This document shows positions 1 to 8,536 of a DNA stretch of 64,000 bases, one piece after another. The stretch is from a bacterium (GTDB lineage Bacteria; Fidelibacterota; Fidelibacteria; Fidelibacterales; Fidelibacteraceae): assembly GCA_963676395.1 (NCBI GenBank), contig OY781066.1, positions 512,001-576,000 of the forward strand, read 5' to 3'. Position 1 is the stretch's first letter, and every line of letters starts with the position of its first letter. The position numbers and the translations under genes are program-made. Below the pieces are notes generated by a model. The model saw only the letters and a program-made list of their open reading frames with translations, was not told where the DNA came from and made no database searches.

Positions 1-2817
1 ACGTGTTTGAATGTTTTTACCTGAAGTCAATTTATACATATAAATACCGGAGGCTAAACCATGGGCATCAAAGTACTGACTATATGTACCGGCTGATTGA
101 TATTCGTTCACCAGTGTTTTAACATGACGACCGCCAAGATCATAAACGTCCAGTTTTACCTTCGCATCTCTGGTTAAAACATATTCAATGTTCGTAACAG
201 GATTAAACGGGTTAGGATAGTTTTGCTTTAACTCAAAAGCCGCAGGAATAATATTTTTCAAACCAACTTCAAGGGTATCAAGAATGCTATCAGAATAAAT
301 TCTATATTCGCCCGCTGCCAGTGATATACCTGCATTTACATCAGTGACGTTCATCTCATCGCGAGTAAAATACTCGTACCAGGTTCCTGTATTATGGAAA
401 GCAGGTGTTGCTGTTTGTGTTATCACATCAAAATTACCCAGAACAACCACATTGATGCCACCTTCAGATAGTTTTAGACGTTTTGTAGAAATATTACTAC
501 CTACCCATTGATCTACATTATTTGCCGATGAAAACACGGGATAGGTTTTTCTTAAAAAGTTCATGGCAGAATACAGTTCATAAACATCATGGCGATCCAT
601 ATCTTCGAAATATTCCCATTTCACGGGTTTCTTCCCTGTACGACCATTATATTCGATAGAATATGAATAACCAAGTTCGCCAAATTGCCAAATCATTTTA
701 GGTCCCGGATATGATAATAAGAATACGGCTGCAAGTTCATTTCGATCTAGCGCCGTCCCCTGAATCTTGATATTATAGCCTCCGTTACTGTTACCATATT
801 CTTTATTTCGAAATGTAACACGTTCCTCATCATGACTTTCCATATAACCGACAAGATGACGCCAGCTCCAACTACGATTTGCATGATAAACTCCACCAAG
901 ATCTGAAGATGCCAGATAGCCCATTGAAGCTTCGGAATAATTATGATTTGCATTTCCCCATAACATCATACCATAGTTTGCCAGCTCGTTTTCCTCACTG
1001 TTATCACCAAAATGTTCAAGAATGATATAAGCACTGGGATCTACATCCCAAATTTTATCAGCCATTCGCTTTAATATAGCAATACGACCTGCATCATAAT
1101 TCCCCCAATAGCCAACATTATCACCGGAATTCGTTTGAGTAAAACCTTTAGAAAGGTCAAATCTATATCCATCTACGTGATATTCTTCAATCCAGTATTT
1201 ATTTGCACGATCAAGATAATATTGGGTATGTTTGCTTTCATGATTCGCATCATTGAAAACATTAAAAGGATGTCGTGCACTGGTATTAAACCAAGGATTA
1301 TCCGAAGTCGGAGCACCATAAGTTCCTTCATTATAAAGACGTACAAAAGGGCTCTGACCAGTAGCGTGGTTATATACCACATCAAGGATGACCGCAATTC
1401 CTCTAGCATGACAGAGATTTACAAACTCTTTAAATTTTTGTGCGGTACCATAATACTTATCTAGGGCTTGATAAAAAGAAGGATTGTAACCCCAACTCTC
1501 ATTACCTTCAAACTCACAAACAGGCATCAATTCAATGGCGGTTACACCTAATTCTTCCAGATAATCTAATTTATCGATCAGCGATTGATATGAATGTTGA
1601 TATGTAAAATCACGAAGCAACAATTCATAGATTACTAAATTATCCTTATGAGGTTTAACATAGGCTCCATCAGTCCAGGCAAACACATCGGGAGTAGGAT
1701 CCACAACAGCTACGGGGAAATCGGTTTTACCATCAGGATATAACTTGAGATCAGGATAAACTGCCGGCGAAATATATTCATCATTCCATGGATCCAAGAT
1801 TAATGAAGAATAGGGATCGGCAATGCGTATCTCGCCATCTACCAGATATTGAAAGCCCTGTTCTTCGGCATAAGAATTAGGAATACTTAACCAAAATACC
1901 GTTGAATCCGGAGCCGGTTCATATTTTTTCAATTGATAAGCCGGATCAATCATCCAATCATTAAAATCACCTATCAGATACACAAAATCTTTTCCGGGAG
2001 CAAAAAGAGCAAAATCTAAAGTCGAAGCATTAACCGCCACCCCCATTTCGGTACCCGAAGGCATAGTAGCCATATTGTGAGTATATTCTACAATACACAC
2101 TCGGTCAGTGGTATCAACTTCACTTCCTTTATTTGCAATGGCGTAAATATAGTTTTTACCTTCAGTAAAATGATGTGCCTGAATGGTATATTCCAGTTCA
2201 TCTACACTTGTAGCCGTGGTTAATTGAGTATTATTTAAGTACAAAGCAATATTATCGGCGGTTTCACTTGTTTCCACTCGAACATTCTGAGGTGCAGAAT
2301 CATCGGGAGACCTGAAAATAGGAGAACGCTCAGCAACACCAAAATCAATGGAAGCAGATGGTTCAAAAATAGCAACGGAAAAAACATCTTCGTATAATGT
2401 TAAATAGATATCTGAATCTCCAGCATCTTTGCCAACTTTAGAACCCGTAGCATCTCTAAAAACAAAAGCCAGCTTTTCTATTTGCGTACTAGTTGGACAA
2501 GAATAAAAATCATATACAGAGCCTATAACCAGTTTATATAAATTATCCGAAACCTTGGTCATGGTATTTTGGGTAGTATTTACCCCCCAATTCCATGGAA
2601 CAAATTTCCAATCGCTACCGTCACCACTCTGATCTGTGATCAAACCACAATGAGCATAAATAGATCCGGAATAATCTTTAAGTGCCTGATTCCCCATGGC
2701 AGCGTCATAAAAAATAACAATAGAATCGTTCTGAGTTGCAAATGCGGGTTCCGAGTAGATCACTTGTGCAAATGAAAATGCACTTGTTACACATAACAAT
2801 AATGCTAGCTTTTTCAT
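1..2817 (-). CDS. Secreted GH13 alpha-amylase/pullulanase-like hydrolase with CBM48-like module and T9SS-type C-terminal sorting domain; 3' end runs off the window; absent from the ORF track
   Basis: Manual translation from ATG at 2817 (SD AAGGAA). Signal peptide MKKLALLLCVTSAFSFAQ; FAPGKDFVYLIGDFNDW; WGYNP; catalytic DGYRFDLSKG, ILEHF and YMESHDEER; CTD QNYPNPFNP...LASGIYMYKL. The frame appears open to position 1. Confidence 0.93.
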   Translation of the reverse strand, partial: MKKLALLLCVTSAFSFAQVIYSEPAFATQNDSIVIFYDAAMGNQALKDYSGSIYAHCGLITDQSGDGSDWKFVPWNWGVNTTQNTMTKVSDNLYKLVIGSVYDFYSCPTSTQIEKLAFVFRDATGSKVGKDAGDSDIYLTLYEDVFSVAIFEPSASIDFGVAERSPIFRSPDDSAPQNVRVETSETADNIALYLNNTQLTTATSVDELEYTIQAHHFTEGKNYIYAIANKGSEVDTTDRVCIVEYTHNMATMPSGTEMGVAVNASTLDFALFAPGKDFVYLIGDFNDWMIDPAYQLKKYEPAPDSTVFWLSIPNSYAEEQGFQYLVDGEIRIADPYSSLILDPWNDEYISPAVYPDLKLYPDGKTDFPVAVVDPTPDVFAWTDGAYVKPHKDNLVIYELLLRDFTYQHSYQSLIDKLDYLEELGVTAIELMPVCEFEGNESWGYNPSFYQALDKYYGTAQKFKEFVNLCHARGIAVILDVVYNHATGQSPFVRLYNEGTYGAPTSDNPWFNTSARHPFNVFNDANHESKHTQYYLDRANKYWIEEYHVDGYRFDLSKGFTQTNSGDNVGYWGNYDAGRIAILKRMADKIWDVDPSAYIILEHFGDNSEENELANYGMMLWGNANHNYSEASMGYLASSDLGGVYHANRSWSWRHLVGYMESHDEERVTFRNKEYGNSNGGYNIKIQGTALDRNELAAVFLLSYPGPKMIWQFGELGYSYSIEYNGRTGKKPVKWEYFEDMDRHDVYELYSAMNFLRKTYPVFSSANNVDQWVGSNISTKRLKLSEGGINVVVLGNFDVITQTATPAFHNTGTWYEYFTRDEMNVTDVNAGISLAAGEYRIYSDSILDTLEVGLKNIIPAAFELKQNYPNPFNPVTNIEYVLTRDAKVKLDVYDLGGRHVKTLVNEYQSAGTYSQYFDAHGLASGIYMYKLTSGKNIQTR

Positions 2818-2951
2818 CGTTTTCCTTCGCTTAAATTACTACTTTGTTCAGACTGAATATTATAAATTTTCAAAGATTTATACAAGGAAATAATCGGCAG
2901 GCAGCCTGTCCTTTAAGTGGTAGGACAGATGCTAGTTGTGAGTGGGAAATG

Positions 2952-3068
2952 GTGAACAGTGAACAGTGAACAGTAAACAGTAAACAGTAAACAGTAAACA
3001 GTAAACAGTAAACAGTAAACAGTAAACAGTAAACAGTAAACAGTAAACAGTAAACAGTAAACAGTAAA
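2952..3068. repeat. Heptamer tandem array: 3x GTGAACA + 13x GTAAACA + partial unit
   Basis: Read directly from the sequence; lies between the divergent GH13 and DUF1295 genes. Confidence 0.97.
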
Positions 3069-3184
3069 TGGTATTACATATCTACTATTTCTCCAAGCAT
3101 AGAATTACTTTTGTCATTTGCTAACAAATTTTTATATTCACCGCAATATAGGATATAATTTTCTTATACAGGAAGGGAGTTAAC

Positions 3185-4036
3185 ATGACGACACTACAAG
3201 TCACACTATTGATTCTTGGCATTTCAATTGTTATTTCATTTATCTATGGTTTATTCACTCGAAATTATTCAACCGTCGATCGACTATGGTCAATATTACC
3301 AGCCATTTACGCTCTTATTTGGATGAAAGATTTCATTCACAATCCACGCTTTGTCATTGCTACAATTCTGGTTTGCGCATGGGCTGTGCGTTTAAGTTGG
3401 AATTTCGCTCGTAAAGGCGGCTATAACTTCAATTTTAAAACAGGATTTACTGGAGAAGATTATCGTTGGGAGGTATTGCGTAAGCGCATACCGAATCGTT
3501 TTATCTTTGAACTTTTCAATCTTTTTTTCATCTCCGGCTTTCAGTTAATATTAATATTTTCTTTTACTTATCCTCTATATGTCATGGGACAAGTTGACAC
3601 GGCTCTAAACTGGCCGGATTATTTGTTATTTGGCATACACGCTTTATTACTGTTTGGTGAGTTCATCGCAGACATTCAGCAATTTAATTATTACAAGAAT
3701 CGCGAATCCATAGAATATAAAGAATCTGCTCGTTATCAGTTGGGGTTTAATACATTTGGACTTTGGAAGCATTCCCGACACCCAAACTATCTATGTGAAA
3801 TGGCTCAGTGGGTCATTGTAGGCATCTATGCCTGGCGCCTCACCGGAGAATGGATGATCATGATCGGTACTGCAGTACTCATACTTCTCTTTGTCGGCTC
3901 TACCGGCATGGCCGAAGGTATTACAAACGGGAAATATCCACGTTACCAAGAATGGCGTAAGGTCACCGTCCCCTGGATTGGAATCCCTTTCTTAAAAGCA
4001 AAAAGAAGAAAAGCCTTTTTGGATTCGCTAAAGTAA
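3185..4036 (+). CDS. DUF1295 / steroid 5-alpha-reductase-like membrane protein
   Basis: Multi-TM protein with motifs NYSTVDRLWS, GEDYRW, ADIQQF and GLWKHSRHPNYLCE. Confidence 0.88.
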   Translation: MTTLQVTLLILGISIVISFIYGLFTRNYSTVDRLWSILPAIYALIWMKDFIHNPRFVIATILVCAWAVRLSWNFARKGGYNFNFKTGFTGEDYRWEVLRKRIPNRFIFELFNLFFISGFQLILIFSFTYPLYVMGQVDTALNWPDYLLFGIHALLLFGEFIADIQQFNYYKNRESIEYKESARYQLGFNTFGLWKHSRHPNYLCEMAQWVIVGIYAWRLTGEWMIMIGTAVLILLFVGSTGMAEGITNGKYPRYQEWRKVTVPWIGIPFLKAKRRKAFLDSLK

Positions 4037-4193
4037 GCACAACATCAAATAATGTAATTAAGTTCTATATAAACTCGGATTAAAACCTGAGGCTTTTGTG
4101 CATTTGCAATATTATATTTTTGTATTATATTTAAATAACTATTGTAGTCTGAACAGCTTTTTACTTTAGCTCTAATATTTATGAGGTATACAT

Positions 4194-4391
4194 ATGAGAT
4201 CCAGATTCTTCTCCATAATTCTACTTCCATTAGCTATGATCACTATTAATTGCATTTTCACTCCCGAAGATCCTCAAGAAGAAGAGATCATTGTGCCGCT
4301 GCCGATTAATCTTATGGTAAACAACTCCGGCATTCCGGATTGGTATCCTTCTACCTATGTTAAACAGGAATCAGAAAATGCCATTTGTTAA
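4194..4391 (+). CDS. Short exported peptide or possible lipoprotein; may be a truncated paralog of the next gene
   Basis: SD GAGG; hydrophobic N-terminus ending in Cys (ITINC); PDWYPST motif shared with the next ORF (PKWYPST). Confidence 0.5.
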   Translation: MRSRFFSIILLPLAMITINCIFTPEDPQEEEIIVPLPINLMVNNSGIPDWYPSTYVKQESENAIC

Positions 4392-4415
4392 CATAAATCA
4401 ATTTATGAGTCTAAT

Positions 4416-5225
4416 ATGAAAAAATCTATTTCAATACTTCTTGTCTTTATTGTGTTAGTAGCAAGTACTCTATTTGCTCAAGAAAAACCCAAAGTTCCTA
4501 AATGGTATCCATCCACCAAAACACATTCAAAACGTGAAATGAAAAGATATGAGTCAAAATACAATCGTTTTATCAATACCTACCATTTAGAAAATGTAAA
4601 AGGAGGCGTTGATAGCATCAATGCGCATCTGAAGTATATACGATTCAACGATAAATTTAAAATTTGCAATTTCACTAACACCACCGATTCAATTGAAGTT
4701 TTTAAAAATAAAATATTTTCTTTTTATCGCTATTGGTGGCGAATATTTTCAAATGAACGTTTTGAAATAGATTCCTCAAGAATATTTATTGATGATGGTG
4801 GCTGCCTACAAGGGAGATTTACTATCAAGCATCCTTACGATCCTTCATTAAATATTCTTAAGCGTGAATTAGGTTCTTTAAGTGCAAGTGTTGATAGTGA
4901 AGGACATTTATTCTATATGCATTCATCACTTGTCCCTCACCTTCGCATACCGAATCAGCCCCTGATCACTAAAAGTGAAGCATTCCGTATTATCGAAGGA
5001 TATACATTCACCATTAATCAACCTATACATTTATATCATAAAACCTTTACCTTGACACGAGAAAAACTCAATGATCCAGAGCTAACCGTTTATACACAAA
5101 AAATAAATAAAAAGAGTTTAAAATATCGCCTCGTTTGGAGATTTCAAACTCGCGAGGTTATTGTATATATTGACGCTATGACAGGGGATATCATTGAACA
5201 CAAAATTACGTTGCTATTTATGTAA
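4416..5225 (+). CDS. Secreted hypothetical protein with C-terminal PepSY/propeptide-like domain
   Basis: Signal peptide; C-terminal ITKSEAFRI...YRLVWRF...VYIDAMTGDII, a PepSY-type signature; no HExxH protease domain. Confidence 0.65.
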   Translation: MKKSISILLVFIVLVASTLFAQEKPKVPKWYPSTKTHSKREMKRYESKYNRFINTYHLENVKGGVDSINAHLKYIRFNDKFKICNFTNTTDSIEVFKNKIFSFYRYWWRIFSNERFEIDSSRIFIDDGGCLQGRFTIKHPYDPSLNILKRELGSLSASVDSEGHLFYMHSSLVPHLRIPNQPLITKSEAFRIIEGYTFTINQPIHLYHKTFTLTREKLNDPELTVYTQKINKKSLKYRLVWRFQTREVIVYIDAMTGDIIEHKITLLFM

Positions 5226-5248
5226 TAAATATTGCACAAAATTAACAG

Positions 5249-5272
5249 AGCTCCTAGAATAGGAGCTTTTTT
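5249..5272 (+). terminator. Intrinsic terminator
   Basis: AGCTCCT-agaat-AGGAGCT followed by a T run. Confidence 0.8.
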
Positions 5273-5357
5273 ATATCAATAATATTAAGGACATAATAAC
5301 ATTCTTCGTAAATACTATATTGCTACTCCGCTTAAATTTACGTTCAAGCAACATACA

Positions 5358-5382
5358 CAAAGGGCTCGATAACATCGAGCCC
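5358..5382 (-). terminator. Intrinsic terminator of the TBDR cassette
   Basis: 9-bp stem GGGCTCGAT-aac-ATCGAGCCC, followed by TTTG on the minus strand. Confidence 0.65.
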
Positions 5383-5430
5383 CATGCATATATCTTTTCC
5401 GATTTCCGATTATCGGTCTCGGTTACAGAT

Positions 5431-7413
5431 TTATTTCATCAGAACCATTTTGTTAACAATAGTAGCATTGTCAGCAGTCAACTGATAGAAATATACGCCT
5501 GATGCAAGATTTGCACCGTCAAAAATGACATCATAAGCGCCTGCATTAACATAACCGTTTACCAAGGTTTTAACCTTGCGACCGGCCATATCAAATACGG
5601 TTAAATTCACATCTGAACCCGAAGGAACAGAGAATGAAATTGTTGTAACAGGGTTGAAAGGGTTGGGATAATTCTGTGCTAGAGTAAATTCAGCAGGGAT
5701 ATCTTCAACAGCAACACCCGGTGTAGGTGTCCACTCACTGTAGAAAGTAGGATTGATACTACCAAAAGCAATGTACAAATAACTTTCAGCTTGTGAATCA
5801 TCAATGTTTACAATATGGTTATTACCATAACCGCCTTCACCACCTTCATTATCACCACCGTTGATACCGAATTTACATTCTTGAGCAACAGTATGACCTG
5901 AATCGGGAGAAAGCATATATGTCAATGTATAAATTGAATCACCGGCAGTGGCATCGCCATGTGTACCATCATCATACATTACGCGGTTTGTATCTGACAT
6001 TAATGAAGAGCCCCAGCCTGCCCATGTACCTTCAGCATAATTTGAAAAAGGTCCATTCATAGCAACACCGCTGATTTGAGAAACACTAGAAATATCCTGT
6101 GTTCCCTGAATATCATTCAACACTTTGCCAGCAGCTACTGTTGCATAAGCAGGACGAAGATCACATTCAACGTGAACAGTAACATTCTGTGAAAGAAGAC
6201 TTCTATTACGGAAGAAAGGCATGCGGCGTTCTTCACCACCATCAGTTTCAACATCGGCGATTTCTTCATCACCATCAGCGATAATCACGCGACGACGTTC
6301 AGCAGCTGAAGGTGTAGAACCATCATAGTTAAAGTTATAATAAACTTCACGTTCTTCAGCACCCTCTTTAATCATGTAATACTGATAATATAGATATTCA
6401 CCAAATACAACTGAAACATCAGAGGCTTGTGCCTGATACATTTGCGTACCACCCACGTGAGTCATCTGTAGTGTATGAACTTCATTTGAACTCAATTCAT
6501 AACCAAAACGTACTTCAAGAGTATCACCAATTTCAAAACCGTTATTTTCAACGGCATCAGCCATATTTACACCAAAAAGGATGTCGGCTGTATCAGCACC
6601 ACCAAAATCACCACCGGGAACATCATTCCACCATACCCAAGCGATCGTTGTATCTTTTGCAGGCAAACTAATCCGACGGTTTTCGGATGCTCCGTAAGAG
6701 CCATTCATATTTTCACTGTCATCCCATGTATCACCATTTACAAAGCGATAATTTTCGGACATAGGAAGAAATGAGGGATCAAGTTTCAGATGATAATTCC
6801 AAAAGTCAGATGAACCTTCCTGTGCCATAGCATATGCATCGGGAGTCCACATATTGGTACCTGAACCATTCAAAGGAAAACCACCAACAATGTTCATTCC
6901 TCTATCAGCACTATAATTTTCATAAGCACTCATATTGATACGGAAGAAAATATCAATTGAATCGGAAGGTGTGTAGGGAGGATTATAATCGTTATTTACA
7001 TAAGCAACATCAAGAACTGTATCACCTGATGCAGGCATAGTGAACATACGGTTTCCACCGGGAATGGTTACATTTTCCCAGTTGTAACCTTCTTCAACAG
7101 TTGAATCATAATAGCAAATCTTATATGCCATACGCCAACCGGCCATTGAATCCGGATATGCCACTGTTAATTCCCAGTAGTCTCCACCGACGTTAACGGC
7201 ATTCTGCGAATCATCTCCCCATGTCAGGAAATTGTTCTGCCATTTATCAACACCTTCGGGGCCAACTTCTGCACCACGGATTTGAACAGCGTAAGTTGAG
7301 TCAGCGGCACCCAACCCTGTAAGAGTAGACATATTTGCTACGTAAGTTACATTGATATCAGCCAATGCAAACGTAGCAAAGATGACCATCAAGATTACAA
7401 GAAGTTTTTTCAT
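5431..7413 (-). CDS. Secreted multi-domain protein (about four tandem Ig/CBM20-like modules) with T9SS-type CTD
   Basis: Signal peptide; repeated module starts INVTYVANMS, IDIFFRINMS, ADILFGVNMA and VTVHVECDLR; MYDDGTHGDATAGDSIY motif; CTD QNYPNPFNP...SGVYFYQL...KMVLMK. Confidence 0.75.
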   Translation of the reverse strand: MKKLLVILMVIFATFALADINVTYVANMSTLTGLGAADSTYAVQIRGAEVGPEGVDKWQNNFLTWGDDSQNAVNVGGDYWELTVAYPDSMAGWRMAYKICYYDSTVEEGYNWENVTIPGGNRMFTMPASGDTVLDVAYVNNDYNPPYTPSDSIDIFFRINMSAYENYSADRGMNIVGGFPLNGSGTNMWTPDAYAMAQEGSSDFWNYHLKLDPSFLPMSENYRFVNGDTWDDSENMNGSYGASENRRISLPAKDTTIAWVWWNDVPGGDFGGADTADILFGVNMADAVENNGFEIGDTLEVRFGYELSSNEVHTLQMTHVGGTQMYQAQASDVSVVFGEYLYYQYYMIKEGAEEREVYYNFNYDGSTPSAAERRRVIIADGDEEIADVETDGGEERRMPFFRNRSLLSQNVTVHVECDLRPAYATVAAGKVLNDIQGTQDISSVSQISGVAMNGPFSNYAEGTWAGWGSSLMSDTNRVMYDDGTHGDATAGDSIYTLTYMLSPDSGHTVAQECKFGINGGDNEGGEGGYGNNHIVNIDDSQAESYLYIAFGSINPTFYSEWTPTPGVAVEDIPAEFTLAQNYPNPFNPVTTISFSVPSGSDVNLTVFDMAGRKVKTLVNGYVNAGAYDVIFDGANLASGVYFYQLTADNATIVNKMVLMK

Positions 7414-7471
7414 TAGATTACTCCTTTTTTTGTTTCTTGTTTATCTTCTTTGTTAACTTTTTCTAATTAAT

Positions 7472-7498
7472 GTGAAACGCAGTAAATCGCATTTCTAC
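7472..7498. repeat. REP-like GTAG-headed palindrome
   Basis: Minus strand GTAGAAATGCGATTTACTGCGTTTCAC forms an 8-bp stem with G:T pairs; similar to the element at 21643-21671. Confidence 0.55.
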
Positions 7499-7508
7499 AT
7501 TTTTCACC

Positions 7509-8519
7509 TTAAAATGTTAAAGCAAATGAGGTTGTATTCAACATACCTAACCTGCCATAATTTTGGAATGAATAGTCAAAAATAATATTCATTCCGGATA
7601 TATTTAAATTCAAACCAAGTCCCAGTGTTAAACCACTTTCGCTTTCAGATTTGAACAATGATTGATAGCCGGCGCGAACCGAAATGATATTTGCGATCAT
7701 CCAGTCGGCACCTAGATTTAATGTCTGTGCATCATTCGTGGGACGAACAACATCTGCAGCTAAAACAAGACGATTGTTTCGAGTATTAAGTACCGGCATT
7801 GAAGCACCGATAATATAGGTTAAAGGAATTGCCCACGTATCAGTTTTTAAATACGAAACAATATTCTCATTATTACCATCTGACGCTTCATCAAGATCTA
7901 CCTGAACTAAAAGATCTCGTCCACGCATTTCCATGGAGCCCCCAAAATTACGGATGCTGGCACCGATCTGAAGTCCGTTAAATTGTGTAATAAACAGTAA
8001 ACCCAAGTCAAGCGCAACGGTTGAAGCACTTTCATTATATATCTGCTGATTAATGTACTTTACACTCGCTCCGATAGAGAACCTGTCTGTCATATTTCTT
8101 GCATAACTCAAAGAAATAGACATATCGCTGGCCTGCCAGAATTCACCGGTACCATCAGGCTCTTCAACCGTAGTAACGGGTTCCCAGTCACCATAATTCA
8201 AACTATTCAATGAAACACCAAAAGCATCAGATGATGTTAACATATACTGCGCTCCAAACCATGTGTGCTGCGAATCCACAAAGTAATTTGTAATGGATGT
8301 GTAAACATCGGATTTACCGACCCTTGACATCGCACCCGGATTCCAGAACAATGCGGTAGGATCATCCGAAATAGCCGTATAAGCGCCTCCCATAGAAATA
8401 GCTTTACCACCCACCGGAACATTCAAAAAGTTCGCTGCGACTGTTCCAACTTTATCCTGAGCAAAAGCGGCAGTAACAAGTCCCATACAGATCAATAATA
8501 TTGAAATAGCTTTTTTCAT
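7509..8519 (-). CDS. PorV/PorQ (UPF0164)-family outer-membrane beta-barrel
   Basis: FLNVPVGGKAISMGGAY...DDPTALFWNPG signature; alternating beta strands; terminal Phe. Start moved to MKKAISILL (SD AGGA). Confidence 0.85.
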   Translation of the reverse strand: MKKAISILLICMGLVTAAFAQDKVGTVAANFLNVPVGGKAISMGGAYTAISDDPTALFWNPGAMSRVGKSDVYTSITNYFVDSQHTWFGAQYMLTSSDAFGVSLNSLNYGDWEPVTTVEEPDGTGEFWQASDMSISLSYARNMTDRFSIGASVKYINQQIYNESASTVALDLGLLFITQFNGLQIGASIRNFGGSMEMRGRDLLVQVDLDEASDGNNENIVSYLKTDTWAIPLTYIIGASMPVLNTRNNRLVLAADVVRPTNDAQTLNLGADWMIANIISVRAGYQSLFKSESESGLTLGLGLNLNISGMNIIFDYSFQNYGRLGMLNTTSFALTF

Positions 8520-8536
8520 TTTTGTATTCCTGTTCA

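Noticed and set aside
747..2775. Short ORFs listed in the track
   Set aside because: They are shadow or alternate frames of the GH13 gene. The same applies to the many 60-156 aa ORFs overlapping long genes elsewhere in the window.
2952..3068. CRISPR array (also considered for 54482-54651)
   Set aside because: The units are contiguous 7-bp repeats with no unique spacers, and there are no cas genes in the window.
4389..4415. Stop-codon readthrough joining the 4194 and 4416 ORFs
   Set aside because: The stop is TAA and the second ORF has its own signal peptide, so a fusion is implausible.
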